From Chthonomonadales bacterium (GTDB taxonomy: Bacteria > Armatimonadota > Chthonomonadetes > Chthonomonadales > CAJBBX01), in the NCBI GenBank assembly GCA_037443035.1, contig JBBIPC010000007.1:64001-128000 (forward strand): DNA of 64,000 nucleotides, written 5' to 3'. Under the pieces are notes generated by a model. The model searched no databases and was not told where the DNA came from. It was given only the letters and a program-made list of their open reading frames with translations. Below are positions 36,579 through 44,884 of this stretch, piece after piece; positions within the stretch are counted from its first letter, which is position 1, and each line of letters opens with the position of its first letter. The position numbers and the translations under genes are program-made.

Positions 36579-37753
36579 CGTGCGCCAGTATAGCCTCTGG
36601 CCGCTAACGCTTCTCGATCCGCCTGCCAGTGAGCCAGGAATGCGCCGATGGAATCTCCACCGAACCTCTCCAACGCCGCATCGGCCAGAACGTAGGCGAC
36701 CATGGCCTCAGCGATGACCGCCGCTGCGGGCACGGCACAGATGTCGGAGCGCTCGAAATGGGCTGGTACCGGCTCCCGAGTAGCGAGATCCACCGAGGCC
36801 AGCCGCTGGCGCAGAGTGGGCAGCGGTTTCATCGCACACCGCACGACGATGGGTTCCCCGTTGCTGATACCGCCTTCCACTCCGCCAGCGTTGTTGCTCA
36901 GCCGTACGTACCCGTCCCCTGGATCGTGGATGATCTCGTCATGGACTTCGGACCCTTTTCGGACCGCACCTCCGAAGCCAGCCCCGATTTCCACACCCTT
37001 CACCGCCTGAATGCTCATGAGCGCAGCCGCCAGACGCGCGTCCAGCCGCCTATCCCACTGGACCGGAGAGCCCAGGCCGAGCGGACATCCTAGAGCGATG
37101 ACCTCGAAGATGCCGCCCAACGTATCGCCCTCCTCCGTGGCTTGGTCAATGGCGGCCTGCATGGCTGCCGAGAGATCCGGATCCGCGCACCGAACAGGCG
37201 ACGCTTCGACATCGTCGGCAAGGTCGCGGATTCTGGCCGGATCCACGGGAGGCCCAGAGACCTCGCCGATCGCGCACACGTGGCTGTAGATCTCGACGCC
37301 CACCAACCCCAAGAGTTGCCGGCATAGCGCACCTGCCGCGACGAGAGCCGCCGTCGTACGCGCGCTGGAGCGCTCCAGGATATCCCGGATGTCCGCCAGA
37401 TCGTATTTCAACGCGCCAGCGAAGTCCGCATGACCCGGTCTCGGCCGCGTGACTGGGGTACCGGGCGACTCGGGCTCGCTGGAGCTCATTCGGGCTTGCC
37501 AGTTGGCGTAGTCCTTGTTCCGGATCTGTAGCGTAACAGGACCTGGCATCGTGCGACCGTGCCTGACGCCCGACAATACCTCCACTCGGTCCTGCTCGAT
37601 CTGCTGGCGTTTGCCGCGGCCGTATCCGCGCTGACGTCGTGCCAGTTCCTCGTTCACCGACTCGATATTGACTGCCATCCCAGCCGGCAGACCATCGAGA
37701 ATGACAGTGAGAACGGGTCCGTGGGACTCGCCAGAGGTCAACATGCGTAGCAT
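36563..37753 (-). CDS. aroC: Chorismate synthase
   Basis: GESHG, RRQ.GYGRG.R, PRPGHAD, ERSSAR, NNAGG.EGG.SNG, MKP.PT, ERSD.CAVP. Confidence 0.97.
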   Translation of the reverse strand: MLRMLTSGESHGPVLTVILDGLPAGMAVNIESVNEELARRQRGYGRGKRQQIEQDRVEVLSGVRHGRTMPGPVTLQIRNKDYANWQARMSSSEPESPGTPVTRPRPGHADFAGALKYDLADIRDILERSSARTTAALVAAGALCRQLLGLVGVEIYSHVCAIGEVSGPPVDPARIRDLADDVEASPVRCADPDLSAAMQAAIDQATEEGDTLGGIFEVIALGCPLGLGSPVQWDRRLDARLAAALMSIQAVKGVEIGAGFGGAVRKGSEVHDEIIHDPGDGYVRLSNNAGGVEGGISNGEPIVVRCAMKPLPTLRQRLASVDLATREPVPAHFERSDICAVPAAAVIAEAMVAYVLADAALERFGGDSIGAFLAHWQADREALAARGYTGARWSKR

Positions 37754-37800
37754 GAGAGGTGTTTCAGCTCCATACACACGTAGCGCGTGCTAGAGACGCG

Positions 37801-37837
37801 AAAACGGGAGCGGCCTTCGAAGGGAAAGCCGCTCCCG
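37801..37837 (-). terminator. Intrinsic terminator after the secretin gene
   Basis: CGGGAGCGGC...GCCGCTCCCG 10-bp stem followed by TTTT on the minus strand. Confidence 0.75.
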
Positions 37838-37855
37838 CCATTGCTCAGCCCTATG

Positions 37856-39646
37856 CTAGGGAGTGATGCCTGCCGAGACCACACCTTCCGAACCCGACGG
37901 ATCGGGAAGGATGGACGGTGTCACGAACACCAGCAGCTCGCTGTCCGACACACGGTATTCGCGCGACTGGAAGAGCTGCCCAATCAACGGCAGGTCTCCG
38001 AAGAGCGGGACTTTCTTGATGCTTGTACCGTCGTTCTTCCGCACCAGACCCGCGATGGCGATGGAGTCGCCGTTGCGCACACGACGCGTGATGGGCCCTA
38101 TGTACTGGTAGCTGATGATCGGGGCCGTGGTGCCATCGGGGCCGGTAACCTGGCCGGAGACGTCCGAAACGTAAGGCGAGATCGTCAGGGAGATGGTGTC
38201 ATCGCCGTTGATTCTCGCCAGCACATCCATACCAGACTGAGCCTGGACGGTGGAGATATTCGTCTGCAAGATAACCACACCGTTGCCGCCCGCTGTTGGA
38301 CTGGTGTAGAAGATCGGTATCTCCCGGCCGACGTTGAGGCTCACTGGCAGGTTGTTCAGCGTGGTCACCATGGGCGAGCTGACGAGACGGCCCTTGCCCT
38401 CGGTCAGTGTAGCCCGGAGCTGGGCGGCCACGTTGCCTGTAGCGTAGTTCATGAACACTTGGCCTGCTGCGAAGCCGGGGTTGCCTGCGACCAGGTTGCC
38501 TCGTGCAATCTGCCAGTCAATGCCGAACTGCTTAAGGTCGTCCTGGGTCACTTCGACGAACTCTGCCTTGATCATGAGCTGCTTGGGAGCGATATCGAGG
38601 AGCCGGATGATCTCTTTCAGCTCGCGCAGCGCGTCTTCATCGCTGGTTCGGACGATGATCGTGTTGTCTATGTCATAGGCGAGCATGGACTGAATCCCCT
38701 CCGGCACCAGTCCACCACCGCCGCCGCCAATACCGCCCTGGCCGCCGAAGCCACCCTGGCCGCCGAAGCCCCCATAGCCTCCACGGCCGCCGAACTGACC
38801 GCCTCCGCAACCGCCATAGCCGCCGCCATAGCCGCCGTAGCCGCCATAGCCGCCGCCATAGCCGCCATAGCCGCCGCCGATACCGCCACCGCCCGGCCGC
38901 ATGCCACCACCGAACTGGTTGGCCTCAGCGTCGTTCCCGCCAGGCTTGGGCCCGCTCGGCACTACCGACGGAAGCGGCGTCTCTCCCGTGCCCTGGCTGC
39001 TCTGCGGTGCTGGCGGATTGACCTGAACGCCACCGTTCGTGGGTTGGCCTATGTTGCGGCCACTCGCGTAGGGCGTGCGCCGCTCGCCAAGGGATTCGAA
39101 CATCAGTTGCCGTAGGTAGTCGCCTCTACCACTCAGTTCGGGTCGCGTCAGGAACGCCACGATCTCCGAGGGCCGGGAATTCTGAACGCGGATCCGCTCG
39201 GTGATCAGCCGCTTGGGCGGCTCGGGAACCAGAGGCGCCTGGCTCTGGCTCGTCGCTGCCGGCTTGTCCACCTTCGGTGTCTCGGCTGCCGCGTCAGCCC
39301 CCTTAGGACCGATGATGTAGATACCGCCGTCCACCCGCAACGAAGCTCCGGCTGCGCGGCAGATCATCTGCAACACTGTCTCGAGCGGCTTCTTCTCGAG
39401 CATCAGGTTGACCCGCCCGTAGGGCTTGTCACTAGCTTCGATGACAATCTCCGCACCTGTCTGCGCCATGAGCATTCTCACGGCAGCCTGGAGATCGGCG
39501 TCGACAAGGTCCACACGTTGCACGATCATCTGGCCTGCGCCGCTCTCCTGAGCGCGTGCGGTCACGGATGCCGCGCCGGATATGGCGAAGGCTAACGTCG
39601 CCGCTAGCGCCCACCTCCAGCTAGCTGAACGACTTCGAAGGCCCAT
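37856..39646 (-). CDS. pilQ: Secretin (PilQ/GspD family) with long Gly-rich insertion
   Basis: Signal peptide, N0/STN domain, N3 (NTIIVR...LD..PKQLMIKAEFVEV), secretin domain (SP.VTTLNN, G.SIAIAGL, KVPLFGDLPLIGQLF, ELLVFVTP.I). Confidence 0.9.
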   Translation of the reverse strand: MGLRSRSASWRWALAATLAFAISGAASVTARAQESGAGQMIVQRVDLVDADLQAAVRMLMAQTGAEIVIEASDKPYGRVNLMLEKKPLETVLQMICRAAGASLRVDGGIYIIGPKGADAAAETPKVDKPAATSQSQAPLVPEPPKRLITERIRVQNSRPSEIVAFLTRPELSGRGDYLRQLMFESLGERRTPYASGRNIGQPTNGGVQVNPPAPQSSQGTGETPLPSVVPSGPKPGGNDAEANQFGGGMRPGGGGIGGGYGGYGGGYGGYGGYGGGYGGCGGGQFGGRGGYGGFGGQGGFGGQGGIGGGGGGLVPEGIQSMLAYDIDNTIIVRTSDEDALRELKEIIRLLDIAPKQLMIKAEFVEVTQDDLKQFGIDWQIARGNLVAGNPGFAAGQVFMNYATGNVAAQLRATLTEGKGRLVSSPMVTTLNNLPVSLNVGREIPIFYTSPTAGGNGVVILQTNISTVQAQSGMDVLARINGDDTISLTISPYVSDVSGQVTGPDGTTAPIISYQYIGPITRRVRNGDSIAIAGLVRKNDGTSIKKVPLFGDLPLIGQLFQSREYRVSDSELLVFVTPSILPDPSGSEGVVSAGITP

Positions 39647-39784
39647 ATGTTCGTCCTCCTCCCGACCCTTTGCTATCTTGCATCTCGACGCGACAAGCAA
39701 CTCCAGCCTTCAGAACATGCTCGCCGCGGACGGTCGGCCTGCAGACCACCAGATTACCACAGGCCGACCATCAATCGTTCTGGC

Positions 39785-40522
39785 CTAACGGCCCCAGCCG
39801 CCTATGCCGCCGCCGCCGCCGCGGAAGCCACCGCCATAGCCACCACCGAAACCGCCGCCGCGGAAGCCGCCACCGCCGAAGCCGCCGTAGCCGCCACCGC
39901 CCCAGCCGCCACCACCTGAGCCCCTGCCTCGTTAGCAACCGATTAAGCCACCCCCTATACCTCACCCTCTGAAGCACCCCCCGATGCCGCCGCCGTAGCC
40001 GCCGTAGCCACCGTAGCCACCGCCATAGCCCATACGCTGGTTGGAGATGATCGCCCCACCACCCAGGTTATAGGACAGATCCACGGCGTCTGCGTAGTTG
40101 ACCACGATTTTTACGGTCCGGGTTTTCTTCTCCGGCTGCGTCTCCTCTGTGGTGGTCGTCGTCGTCTCCTGCGTGATCTCTTCCTGTTTCAGCGAGACCG
40201 TGTAGACGCCATCCTGAACGCGGTACGTCAGAGGAAGCTGCGTACCCTTCAGAATGTTCTCCAGGGCGACTCGGAACGTCACATTGTTCAAGGACGCCGT
40301 CACCGTGCCCTGGACGTTCTCGTCCAACAGGTAGTTCACACCAACCATGTTGAACAGCATTTTCAGAGCGTACCGGATGTCGGCGTTCTCGAAGTTCAGC
40401 GTCACTTTCTTGTTGGATACGTCTCCTTCGTCCTGGGCGTGCACAGGCACCGCGGCTGCCACCGCCAACGCCATGATTGTGACCAGCACACCCGTTCGAG
40501 CCCATCGCATCGCAGGACCCAT
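39785..40522 (-). CDS. Stand-alone secretin N0/STN-domain protein with Gly-rich tail; reading frame interrupted by TGA (39962) and TAA (39932)
   Basis: RBS AGGAGG; signal peptide; VTLNFENADIR.AL, V.GTVTASL.NV.F..AL. The Gly-rich frame continues past two stops to TAG at 39785. As sequenced, the ORF ends at 39962. Confidence 0.7.
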
Positions 40523-40613
40523 ACCTTTCAACCTCCTCATGGGCCAATACTTCTGCCCAAAGGCTTATTCTCGACCTTCCCGTTATGAATCTACGCCGCT
40601 TGCCATCGTACGG

Positions 40614-41507
40614 TTACTGCTCGCTCTCGGCCCCGATGGGCCCACCTGAGCCACCACCGCCCGGAGGCGCGTAGCCACCACCGCCACCGCGGAACATCAT
40701 ACCGGCTCCGCCGGGCCCACCGCGTAGTCCACCCACGTAGGACGTCCGCGGCTGACTACCCACATCGGTCAACGGTACTTCCTGAGTATACGTCACATTC
40801 CCCACTTTTCGCTTGAGCACGACCGAGCGAGAGCGTATGGCTTCGACGCGGTAGTCACCCAGCATGTCGCCAGGACGGACCACGTTCTGTCCCTCGGGCC
40901 CCTCGATAAGCGCATATACGCCCTGTCCTGTGGCGATTCCCGCCACCCGACGGTTCGGAACTTCCTCGACTTCGATCTTCTCCTCCGGCGGACGGATGAC
41001 CGATTCGCGGGTAGCGATGCGGTACGGTTCGACCAGCGTGATCGCCGGTGGAGGTGGCGGAGTTGTGTTCCACCACGGTGCGAACGGATCCGGTCGTGCA
41101 TTCGGCGGCTTGCTTGTCACTTTCGGTCCTTGTGCGGCCGCTTCCTGCTGAGGAGCGCCACCCATGGGACCACCCCCCATGCCGGACATACCTCCCGCGA
41201 ACGGCGCACCTGAGCCCATCCCACCCATCATCGGCGGAGCGCCGCCGCTCGTCTGCATCTGCATCGCAGGACCGCCCATGACGATGCCCGGTGATGCTGC
41301 GCCACCGTCGCGTTCTGTGCTGTCGTCCTCCGAAGGGGCTCCGCCTGATGGCGCCTGCGCCGTGGTGCCGCCAGTGGTGCCCTGGTCACCGCCGCCGCAT
41401 CCGCCGACGAGTACCGCAGCCAGTGCCATCGCCACCAGTAGCATCCATCTATGGTCAGTTATTCGAGGTATCCGCAACTCAGGTTTCCTCACTTCCGCGA
41501 ATCGCAT
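40614..41507 (-). CDS. PilP-like lipoprotein
   Basis: Lipobox LVGG-C; R.DPF motif; beta domain RRVAGI...ALIE....VVRPGD....RVEAI; located between pilO-like and secretin genes. Confidence 0.6.
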   Translation of the reverse strand: MRFAEVRKPELRIPRITDHRWMLLVAMALAAVLVGGCGGGDQGTTGGTTAQAPSGGAPSEDDSTERDGGAASPGIVMGGPAMQMQTSGGAPPMMGGMGSGAPFAGGMSGMGGGPMGGAPQQEAAAQGPKVTSKPPNARPDPFAPWWNTTPPPPPAITLVEPYRIATRESVIRPPEEKIEVEEVPNRRVAGIATGQGVYALIEGPEGQNVVRPGDMLGDYRVEAIRSRSVVLKRKVGNVTYTQEVPLTDVGSQPRTSYVGGLRGGPGGAGMMFRGGGGGYAPPGGGGSGGPIGAESEQ

Positions 41508-41513
41508 CGCCTG

Positions 41514-42497
41514 TCAATTGGCTGCTTCCATGGTAGATCCGCCCCGCGTCCCGGCGCCGCCACCGCTGGCCCGGGGACCGCCCATCATGGGCGGACCCAT
41601 GGGTGGACCACCCATCGGCGGACCACCGCTGCCAATACCTCCTGGCCGCGCCATTCCCATGGAACTCGCGCCAGGTCCACTGACCGTACCAGGCATACCG
41701 CCGGGCCCACCGACTCTACCTGGAGGTCCGCCCATGCCCATGGGACCGCCCATGCCCATAGGGCCGCCCATACCCATAGGGCCGCCGCCACCGCCGCCCG
41801 AACCGCTGATACGCGGTATCTGGACGGGCAGGTTATCCCGCACGATGATCGTGAAGGTCACTATGTACGTAGCAGAAAGGTTCGGACTGTTGCCGCTAAT
41901 CTGGAGTCCATCCACCACCGGCACACCCGCTTGCGACAGCGACGACCACGACTTGATGTGCTGCATAAGCTTGTCGAGGTTCTTGGCTCGCACGGCCATC
42001 TGGTAAGAGTAATGCAAAACAGGCCCGTAGCCTTCGCCCGGCTGTCCCACATCGATCGTGTTCGGATCGGGACCGTAGGAGGGCAGAACGAGCGTACCCG
42101 GGTTCTCCCAGATGATCCCGTTCAGCTTCCTTTCACGCTCCATGTGGTTGCGTACGGTCCGTATGAACCGCTCTGGCCATGAACGACCGCGGTTGGGTAG
42201 GAACGTGCGCAGCCACGTCGTCAACGTATCCTTGGAGTAGCCAATGACGGGCATGTACTGCTTCTCGTAGACGCTCCATTCCGCCTCGGCGAGCGCTTTG
42301 TCCTTGTTCGCCTGCTCCAGCGCCCGCGTTGCCATGGGCAGTTTGTCGGCGCGCGCCTGAACTGCCGACAGGTCCTGCTCGGCCTTCTTCTTGGCATCCA
42401 GGGCGCCTGTTATCACCGTGAAGTAGAGGCCAGCGCCAACGAGAAGCGCAACCACCAGTCCGATGATATTGATGTGGAGAATGGTCAGCTTCGACAT
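41514..42497 (-). CDS. PilO-like protein with Gly/Pro/Met-rich tail
   Basis: N-terminal TM, coiled coil and ferredoxin-like C-domain; follows pilN. Confidence 0.55.
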   Translation of the reverse strand: MSKLTILHINIIGLVVALLVGAGLYFTVITGALDAKKKAEQDLSAVQARADKLPMATRALEQANKDKALAEAEWSVYEKQYMPVIGYSKDTLTTWLRTFLPNRGRSWPERFIRTVRNHMERERKLNGIIWENPGTLVLPSYGPDPNTIDVGQPGEGYGPVLHYSYQMAVRAKNLDKLMQHIKSWSSLSQAGVPVVDGLQISGNSPNLSATYIVTFTIIVRDNLPVQIPRISGSGGGGGGPMGMGGPMGMGGPMGMGGPPGRVGGPGGMPGTVSGPGASSMGMARPGGIGSGGPPMGGPPMGPPMMGGPRASGGGAGTRGGSTMEAAN

Positions 42498-42513
42498 GTC
42501 ACATGCGCTCCCT

Positions 42514-43329
42514 CTACTTACCGCCCACGCCGCCCGGTGCCTGCATCCCTGCGGCCATCGGTACGTTCGGCGCACCACCGCTACCCATCATGGAAGCCCC
42601 CATGCCCATGCTCATGCCGCCAGACCCACCCGGCGCCGTGAATCCGCCGCCCATACCGGGCATGCCAGGCATACCGCCTGCTGCACCTCCTGCGGCAGCT
42701 CCGCCTCCGGCGCCTCCGTATGCCGGCGCTCCAGCGATGGGTTTGACCAGCGTCAGGGTCACCGTGAAGTCGTAGCCTCCAGCGTTAGGTGGACGGATGC
42801 CCGACCCTTGCGGCTGACCATTGAAGCCAGGCGGCACAGGGAACGTCGGCAGTCCTGTCAACTGAATGTTCACGTGGCTCACGTTGGGGTTGTGTTCCAT
42901 CCACATCAGGTAGTGTCCTACCTGAGCAAGGCTCGGAGCATAGGCAGTGAGGGTTACCGTTTGCCCAGCGGGCTGCAGGGAATAGTAAAGCACGCCCTTC
43001 ATCGTGTAATCCCGGATGTTATAGACGACCGGCTGATAGGTCGTGCTGTTATGGAGCCTGGCGTTCTTCACGAAGTCACGCTTGGCCCGGATAGCGCTAG
43101 ACTGCTCGTTGATCTGATTGGCCTGGGCCTGGAGCCTGTCTGCCTTGTCTGCGTCCGGCGTCAGGCGCTGGGTCTCGGCGACAAGAGCAGCCGTCTGTCC
43201 ATCTATCTGCACCTTGCCGAAGATGAAACCGCCGATCACAACCAGCAAGATGATGACCCAGAGGACCATCACGTTCCGGCGCTTGGCACCTTCGTAGATG
43301 TAGGGGGGCAGGAGGTTGATTCGTAGCAT
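42514..43329 (-). CDS. pilN: Type IV pilus assembly protein PilN-like
   Basis: MLRINLLP PilM-binding motif, TM helix, coiled coil; directly after pilM. Confidence 0.8.
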   Translation of the reverse strand: MLRINLLPPYIYEGAKRRNVMVLWVIILLVVIGGFIFGKVQIDGQTAALVAETQRLTPDADKADRLQAQANQINEQSSAIRAKRDFVKNARLHNSTTYQPVVYNIRDYTMKGVLYYSLQPAGQTVTLTAYAPSLAQVGHYLMWMEHNPNVSHVNIQLTGLPTFPVPPGFNGQPQGSGIRPPNAGGYDFTVTLTLVKPIAGAPAYGGAGGGAAAGGAAGGMPGMPGMGGGFTAPGGSGGMSMGMGASMMGSGGAPNVPMAAGMQAPGGVGGK

Positions 43330-43347
43330 CGTGCTGGTTCCCCGTCC

Positions 43348-44622
43348 TTACTTCTTCCCGCGCTTGGCCGGTTTGGCCTTAGCAGGTGTCGGTACGGCCA
43401 CCATGTCGCGTGCAGCCAGGCCCGTGGCCACGGCGAAGATCGGTGACAGCTCGCGGATGTGGTCGGCAGAGTAACTGCGCGCCGCCACGCTCGCATATTT
43501 GAAAGCATCCGCCACTAGCGTGGGAATGCCCAGTTCGATGCTCAGGAACTGATCGAGGTTCTTCAGACCTGCGGTTCCCCCGCAGAGGAGGATTTCGTCC
43601 ACGTGACCGTCGGCGGTTCGCCCTGTGTAGTACTCGATGGAACGGCGGAACTCGGCCACCAGCTCACCCAGTGTCGGTGCGATAGCCATGAAAACCTGCT
43701 GGGTCGTGGGATCGGCTGTGGACGCCGCCACTGGCATCGTCTCTGTAGGCTGCGCAGTCTCGCCCAGGTCGAAGTCGGTGGCGCCAGTGCTAACCCCGGC
43801 GGTGGGCTGTTCGGCTGACAGATCGTAGAAACCCTCCCCCACGGTCGGCGCTTGTACTGCGGGTGCTTCCGTCAGGATGACCTCGCCGTGCCGCCGTTTC
43901 AGTTCTTCCGCCTGTTCCTCGTCGACTCCGAGGTGCTGTGCGATGGCTGCCGTCATCGTATCTCCTGCGAGCGGGAGCGTGCGCGGGAACGCCAGGATGC
44001 CATCGCGGAAGATACCGATATCCGTCGTGGCTGCGCCGATGTTGATGATGGCCACGGTCTTCCTGCCGTAAGGATCTGGCCCCAGCTCGATGAGGCATCT
44101 GGCTGCCGCCAGCGGCTCCACATCGATGGCAGCCGGGCTAAGACCTGCGGCGAACAGCATATTCACATGACGATCCACCATCTCCTGTTGGGCGACCGCC
44201 ATGAGGACTTCCATGTTCTCTGCGTCGGCGTCCGCATCGGCACGAATAACCGGCTGGAAGTCCATGATGACTTCATCGGCGGCGAAAGGAACATGCCTCT
44301 CCACTTCCCATTTCATGGCCTCTGCCAGCTCGGAGTCCGACATCTTCGGCACTTCGATCACGCGTACAACGAGTGCGCCCTGACCAGCCACGGAGCTCAC
44401 TGTCCGCTTCGTGGAGATGCCAGCTTCCTTGAGCATCTTCTTGACGGCATCCCCGAGCGTCTTCGGATCTACGATCACGCCGCTGTCCATGACCTCCGGT
44501 GGTGTCGGCGCCATGCCCATGGCCTTTACCGTGACGCCATTGCGACCCGGCACGAGCTCCACGGCCTTCATGAACTTCGAGCCGATATCTAGTCCGACCG
44601 TCGGTCCTCCCGAACCGCCCAT
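43348..44622 (-). CDS. pilM: Type IV pilus assembly protein PilM
   Basis: VGLDIGS..MKAVEL, WE.E.HVPF, AGL....IDVEPLA, INIGA.TTD, LCGG.A.L.NL, A.GLA.R. Confidence 0.92.
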   Translation of the reverse strand: MGGSGGPTVGLDIGSKFMKAVELVPGRNGVTVKAMGMAPTPPEVMDSGVIVDPKTLGDAVKKMLKEAGISTKRTVSSVAGQGALVVRVIEVPKMSDSELAEAMKWEVERHVPFAADEVIMDFQPVIRADADADAENMEVLMAVAQQEMVDRHVNMLFAAGLSPAAIDVEPLAAARCLIELGPDPYGRKTVAIINIGAATTDIGIFRDGILAFPRTLPLAGDTMTAAIAQHLGVDEEQAEELKRRHGEVILTEAPAVQAPTVGEGFYDLSAEQPTAGVSTGATDFDLGETAQPTETMPVAASTADPTTQQVFMAIAPTLGELVAEFRRSIEYYTGRTADGHVDEILLCGGTAGLKNLDQFLSIELGIPTLVADAFKYASVAARSYSADHIRELSPIFAVATGLAARDMVAVPTPAKAKPAKRGKK

Positions 44623-44692
44623 ACTGGGACCCCCCGATTGAATCGTAAGACGACACAGGCACCTGCCCGCACGGGGCAAGCTCGCCCGCTAG

Positions 44693-44721
44693 ATTGTAGC
44701 AACTTTCCCTGCGAGTGTCAA
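44693..44721 (-). promoter_or_regulatory. Sigma70-type promoter for the pilM operon
   Basis: TTGACA-17 nt-TACAAT with extended -10 TGn (TTGACActcgcagggaaagtTGcTACAAT), about 70 nt upstream of pilM. Confidence 0.8.
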
Positions 44722-44884
44722 GCGTGCGGCATCCTTTCGTGCTTACGCCGTGCCGCTGCCGCTCTTTCGACGCCCACAGCCGCAGCAGGGTTACCCTTCG
44801 CCACCGCTTCCGCCGGTTCCTGCAATGCCTGCAGGGCGCCCAGCTGGTTCCTGCACGTGCGCCCGGACGCCACAGTCCCCCGGC

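Noticed and set aside
37787..39115. 442-aa plus-strand ORF with Ala-rich repeats
   Set aside because: Antisense of the secretin; the Ala repeats mirror the Gly codons.
39932..39964. Alternative genetic code (TGA read as Gly/Trp) to explain the interrupted N0 gene
   Set aside because: The second stop is TAA, and many genes in the window end normally at TGA.
38700..40040. GCC/GCCATA-type repeats as CRISPR or non-coding VNTR
   Set aside because: No constant repeat with unique spacers; these are coding Gly-rich tracts with synonymous variation.
44623..44884. Riboswitch (e.g. c-di-GMP) or ncRNA upstream of pilM
   Set aside because: I could not identify the conserved motifs by eye, and the promoter leaves only a short leader. 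An Rfam/Infernal scan would be needed to exclude it.
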